64,000 nucleotides of DNA. Source: an uncultured delta proteobacterium. GTDB taxonomy: Bacteria > Desulfobacterota > Binatia > Binatales > Binataceae. Below are positions 61,587 to 64,000 of the stretch, one piece after another. Numbering within the stretch: position 1 is the first letter of the stretch; the number at the start of each line of letters is the position of its first letter. The position numbers were made by a program, and so were the translations under genes. The DNA is taken from positions 640,001 through 704,000 of the forward strand of contig CAVRVY010000003.1 in assembly GCA_963724765.1 (NCBI GenBank), read 5' to 3'. The notes beneath the pieces were generated by a model. That model had not been told where the DNA came from and searched no databases. It saw only the letters and a list, made by a program, of their open reading frames with translations.

Positions 61587-62385
61587 GTGATGGCCAAGAG
61601 AGGCAAAACCAAAATGACGGCCCGGTTGATTGCGACCATTCAGACGAAGGGGATCCCAGCGTTCGCGGTTCTTTTTGCGTTGGCTCTACTGTCTGGGTGC
61701 GAGAGCCGTCACGCTCAGCCGGCGCCGGCTTCCCTGCCATCGACCGAAGCTCCACACGCGAAGGTTTCGCACGAACCCGTTGCGGCGGTGGCGCCCAAAC
61801 CGGAAACGCCGATGCCCGGAGTCTGAAGTGCAGTTCTGCCAGGCGGTTGCCGCCGCAAGTAGGGCTTTCGCGGCAGCGTCATCCGAATCCAACGGCTTCA
61901 AGGCGGAGGCCATGAGAGAGGCGGCCATGCGCGAGTTCGTAGGAGATACAACGCCGCTAAGAAGCAGGGCTTACAACTGGATCGGCAAGGTCGACGTTTT
62001 GAATTTTGCTAAGTCGGAGTTTTTTGGAGACGACGCGGCGCAGCTTACGGTGCGCATTCCTTGTCCAACCGAAGCCGCTGTTGAAGTGGGTTCGCCGCCA
62101 CCCGTCGAAGAAGGCGAAGGCAGCCTCGCGTCCGTGATCAGATCGGTCCAACCTCGCCTGTATGCCAAGCTCGCCGACTTCGACCCCGGCGATCTCGTGT
62201 ACTTTGCTGGGACGTTTAACGGGATCACCGAAATAGCAGACTATTCAAACATGGACCTAGAGAGTCTGCCGCGCATGATCGACACCGGCGTGTTCTGGCT
62301 CGACTTCACAGACATGTCCAAGTCTCCGCTTCCCACGAAGCGGCGCATCGGGCGTAAAGAAACGCGGACGCGGCGCACCGAATAG
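61587..62385 (+). pseudogene. Lipoprotein with OB-fold-like region, frameshifted
   Basis: Lipobox LLSGC in 61587..61826; the body lies in ORF 61630..62385. Confidence 0.5.
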
Positions 62386-62426
62386 AGGAAATGTAAACTA
62401 ACGGGACCGCCGTCGGGACAATTCGG

Positions 62427-62558
62427 ATGTTCTGCAAAAAATGTGGGGTTGAGAATCGACAGGCAGCGAAGTTCTGCGATCACTGCGGCGCGCCGATGGG
62501 CTCCGCGCACATCTTGCAATACGCCGCGTGGGCGACGTTCGCTATTCCGCATCGTTGA
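62427..62558 (+). pseudogene. Zinc-ribbon stub
   Basis: MFCKKCG.EN...AKFCDHCGAP. Confidence 0.55.
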
Positions 62559-62625
62559 CAGTACATGGTAATCGACCTCCTTCATTGTTGGTATAGAGTT
62601 CGGGCGCGCGTCGTAATCGTGCGGC

Positions 62626-63006
62626 TCAGTTTCCCGCCTCATCCGCGATTCGTATGAGCACCGCGCAAGCCTCGCCCTCGGGCATCGAGTTAGGATCTTG
62701 CGTCGCCCTTAGTTGCAAGCCCAAGTCCTCGCCGTCAACGCGAAACTCGAAGGTAAGCGGCCCGCGCTGATGAGCGCGTGAGGGATTGACGAGATCGGCC
62801 TCGATAAAGATTGGCGCAGCGGGATCGATTTCCTCTCCGACGGTGGTCGCTAGCAGCACATCGGAGCGGGAGCGGCGTATGGATGCGGCACCGGCATCGA
62901 CGTAGCCCAGCACCTCGGGCGAGATGATGAACGTCAGCCTTGTGCCCGCGGGAACGCCGATGAAGCCATGCCAGTCTACGGCGACCAGCTTGTCATCTCT
63001 GTTCAT
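62626..63006 (-). CDS. Hypothetical protein
   Basis: ATGA-coupled to the upstream ORF. Confidence 0.5.
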   Translation of the reverse strand: MNRDDKLVAVDWHGFIGVPAGTRLTFIISPEVLGYVDAGAASIRRSRSDVLLATTVGEEIDPAAPIFIEADLVNPSRAHQRGPLTFEFRVDGEDLGLQLRATQDPNSMPEGEACAVLIRIADEAGN

Positions 63007-63257
63007 CGCGTCGAGCCGTCGTCGCGCCAGTGGGCCTCGACGAAACCCTTGAGCCTTGCGAGCGTCGCCGGCTTGAGGGATTGCGTCCGCTCGATGACCT
63101 CCAGGGCGTCAAGCAACCACTCCTCTGAGACGCTCGCGCGCAGCGACTTCTTGTCGTAGCAGCTAGAGCACAAGCAGCGCGGCGCCGCGCGGAACGCCAT
63201 TGCCTTAGTGGCGAGCTTGCCGCATTCACACTTAGTAGCATCCATAAAAACTCCCAT
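63003..63257 (-). CDS. Small Zn-finger hypothetical protein
   Basis: CECG...LCSSC. Confidence 0.45.
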   Translation of the reverse strand: MGVFMDATKCECGKLATKAMAFRAAPRCLCSSCYDKKSLRASVSEEWLLDALEVIERTQSLKPATLARLKGFVEAHWRDDGSTR

Positions 63258-63347
63258 CGTGTACCGAGCGCGCCGGGCGCGCGTTATCGTTTCGTTGCAG
63301 TCGGTTCCGTCGCGAGCATACCCGCCGCGCGCTCTATTAAGTTCTGT

Positions 63348-64000
63348 ATAATATAGTGACAAATGCTCTGGTCGGTGCTAATATGTGGCGCATGGGTAAT
63401 CCAGCGGGTGTGCGGCGGGATTTCGCTGCGTTGGAAGAGCGGCGGATGGAGGCGGCGCGATTACTGCGACAAGGGCTTAGCCAGTCCGAGGTCGCGCGAG
63501 AGTTGGGCGTACACCGCCAGTCGGTTAGCCGCTGGGCGCGGGAACTTGGAGCATCGGGAGTGCGCGGCCTGCGCAAGGCCGGACGCACCGGGCGTCCAGC
63601 GAAGCTCATCCCGGCCCAGTTGCGCGACCTCGAGCGCGCACTCAAGCGCGGACCCGAGGCGTTCGGATTTGCCAGCGGACTGTGGACCGCGAGTCGGGTG
63701 CGCGATCTCATCGAGTACCGGACCGGGGTGCGATACCACGAGGACCACGTCTGGCGCATCCTGCGCAAGCTTAACTGGACCTGCCAGCGTCCCACTGGAA
63801 AAGCGCTCGAGCGCGACGAGCAGGCAATCCGGCAGTGGAAGAAGTACCGCTGGCCGCAGATTAAAAAAAAGCGCTCTGCGAGCGGCGCACCATCGTGTTC
63901 ATCGACGAAAGCGGACTGAGCGAACGGCCGCATCGGGTGCGGACCTGGGCGCCGCGCGGGCAGACTCCGGTGCTGCAGTATCACTTCAACTGGAAGGTGC
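63348..64000 (+). mobile_element. IS630-family element with -1 frameshift transposase (runs off the window)
   Basis: HTH ORF with LWT..V and ERDE; A8G slippery run at 63863-63871; the -1 frame gives IVFIDESG; left end approximate. Confidence 0.88.

Larger units (their letters stand above)
46735..63347. mobile_element. Integrated phage-satellite-like element (right end not seen)
   Basis: Integrase at the tRNA-like site, XRE, xis, AlpA, replicase with iterons and a TerS-like gene; no recognisable capsid, portal or TerL in the window. Confidence 0.7.

Overview
GC-rich bacterial chromosomal window in three parts. (1) 1-20830 is mostly intact core genes: AKR, VOC, methyltransferase, IclR, etfBA, amidase, a CCG Fe-S oxidoreductase, hydrolase, SDR and a YchF-like NTPase. 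Two small accessory inserts lie at gene 3' ends and are marked by duplicated or left-over gene tails; they carry HicB plus a broken SIR2-like gene, and an ImmA/IrrE + PIN pair. This part ends with a 6S-like structured RNA candidate and tRNA-Thr(CGT). (2) 20831-46734 is a mosaic island with many gene fragments, an IS5-family element and one intact block: egtB-egtD followed by a redoxin that the ORF track truncates because it has an in-frame UGA (W-U-P-K-C) followed by a SECIS-like hairpin, with HAD, GT4 and PRTase-like genes alongside. (3) 46735-end is a satellite-like element integrated at an atypical tRNA-like sequence. It carries an integrase, XRE with operators, excisionase, a TerS-like/DUF5681 gene, a scaffold-like gene, HigBA, a frameshifted tape-measure-like gene, an iteron origin, an AAA_25 replicase, AlpA, a CGNR regulator and Mrr-like cargo, and runs into an IS630 at the window edge. 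All calls come from reading motifs by eye; no searches were run.
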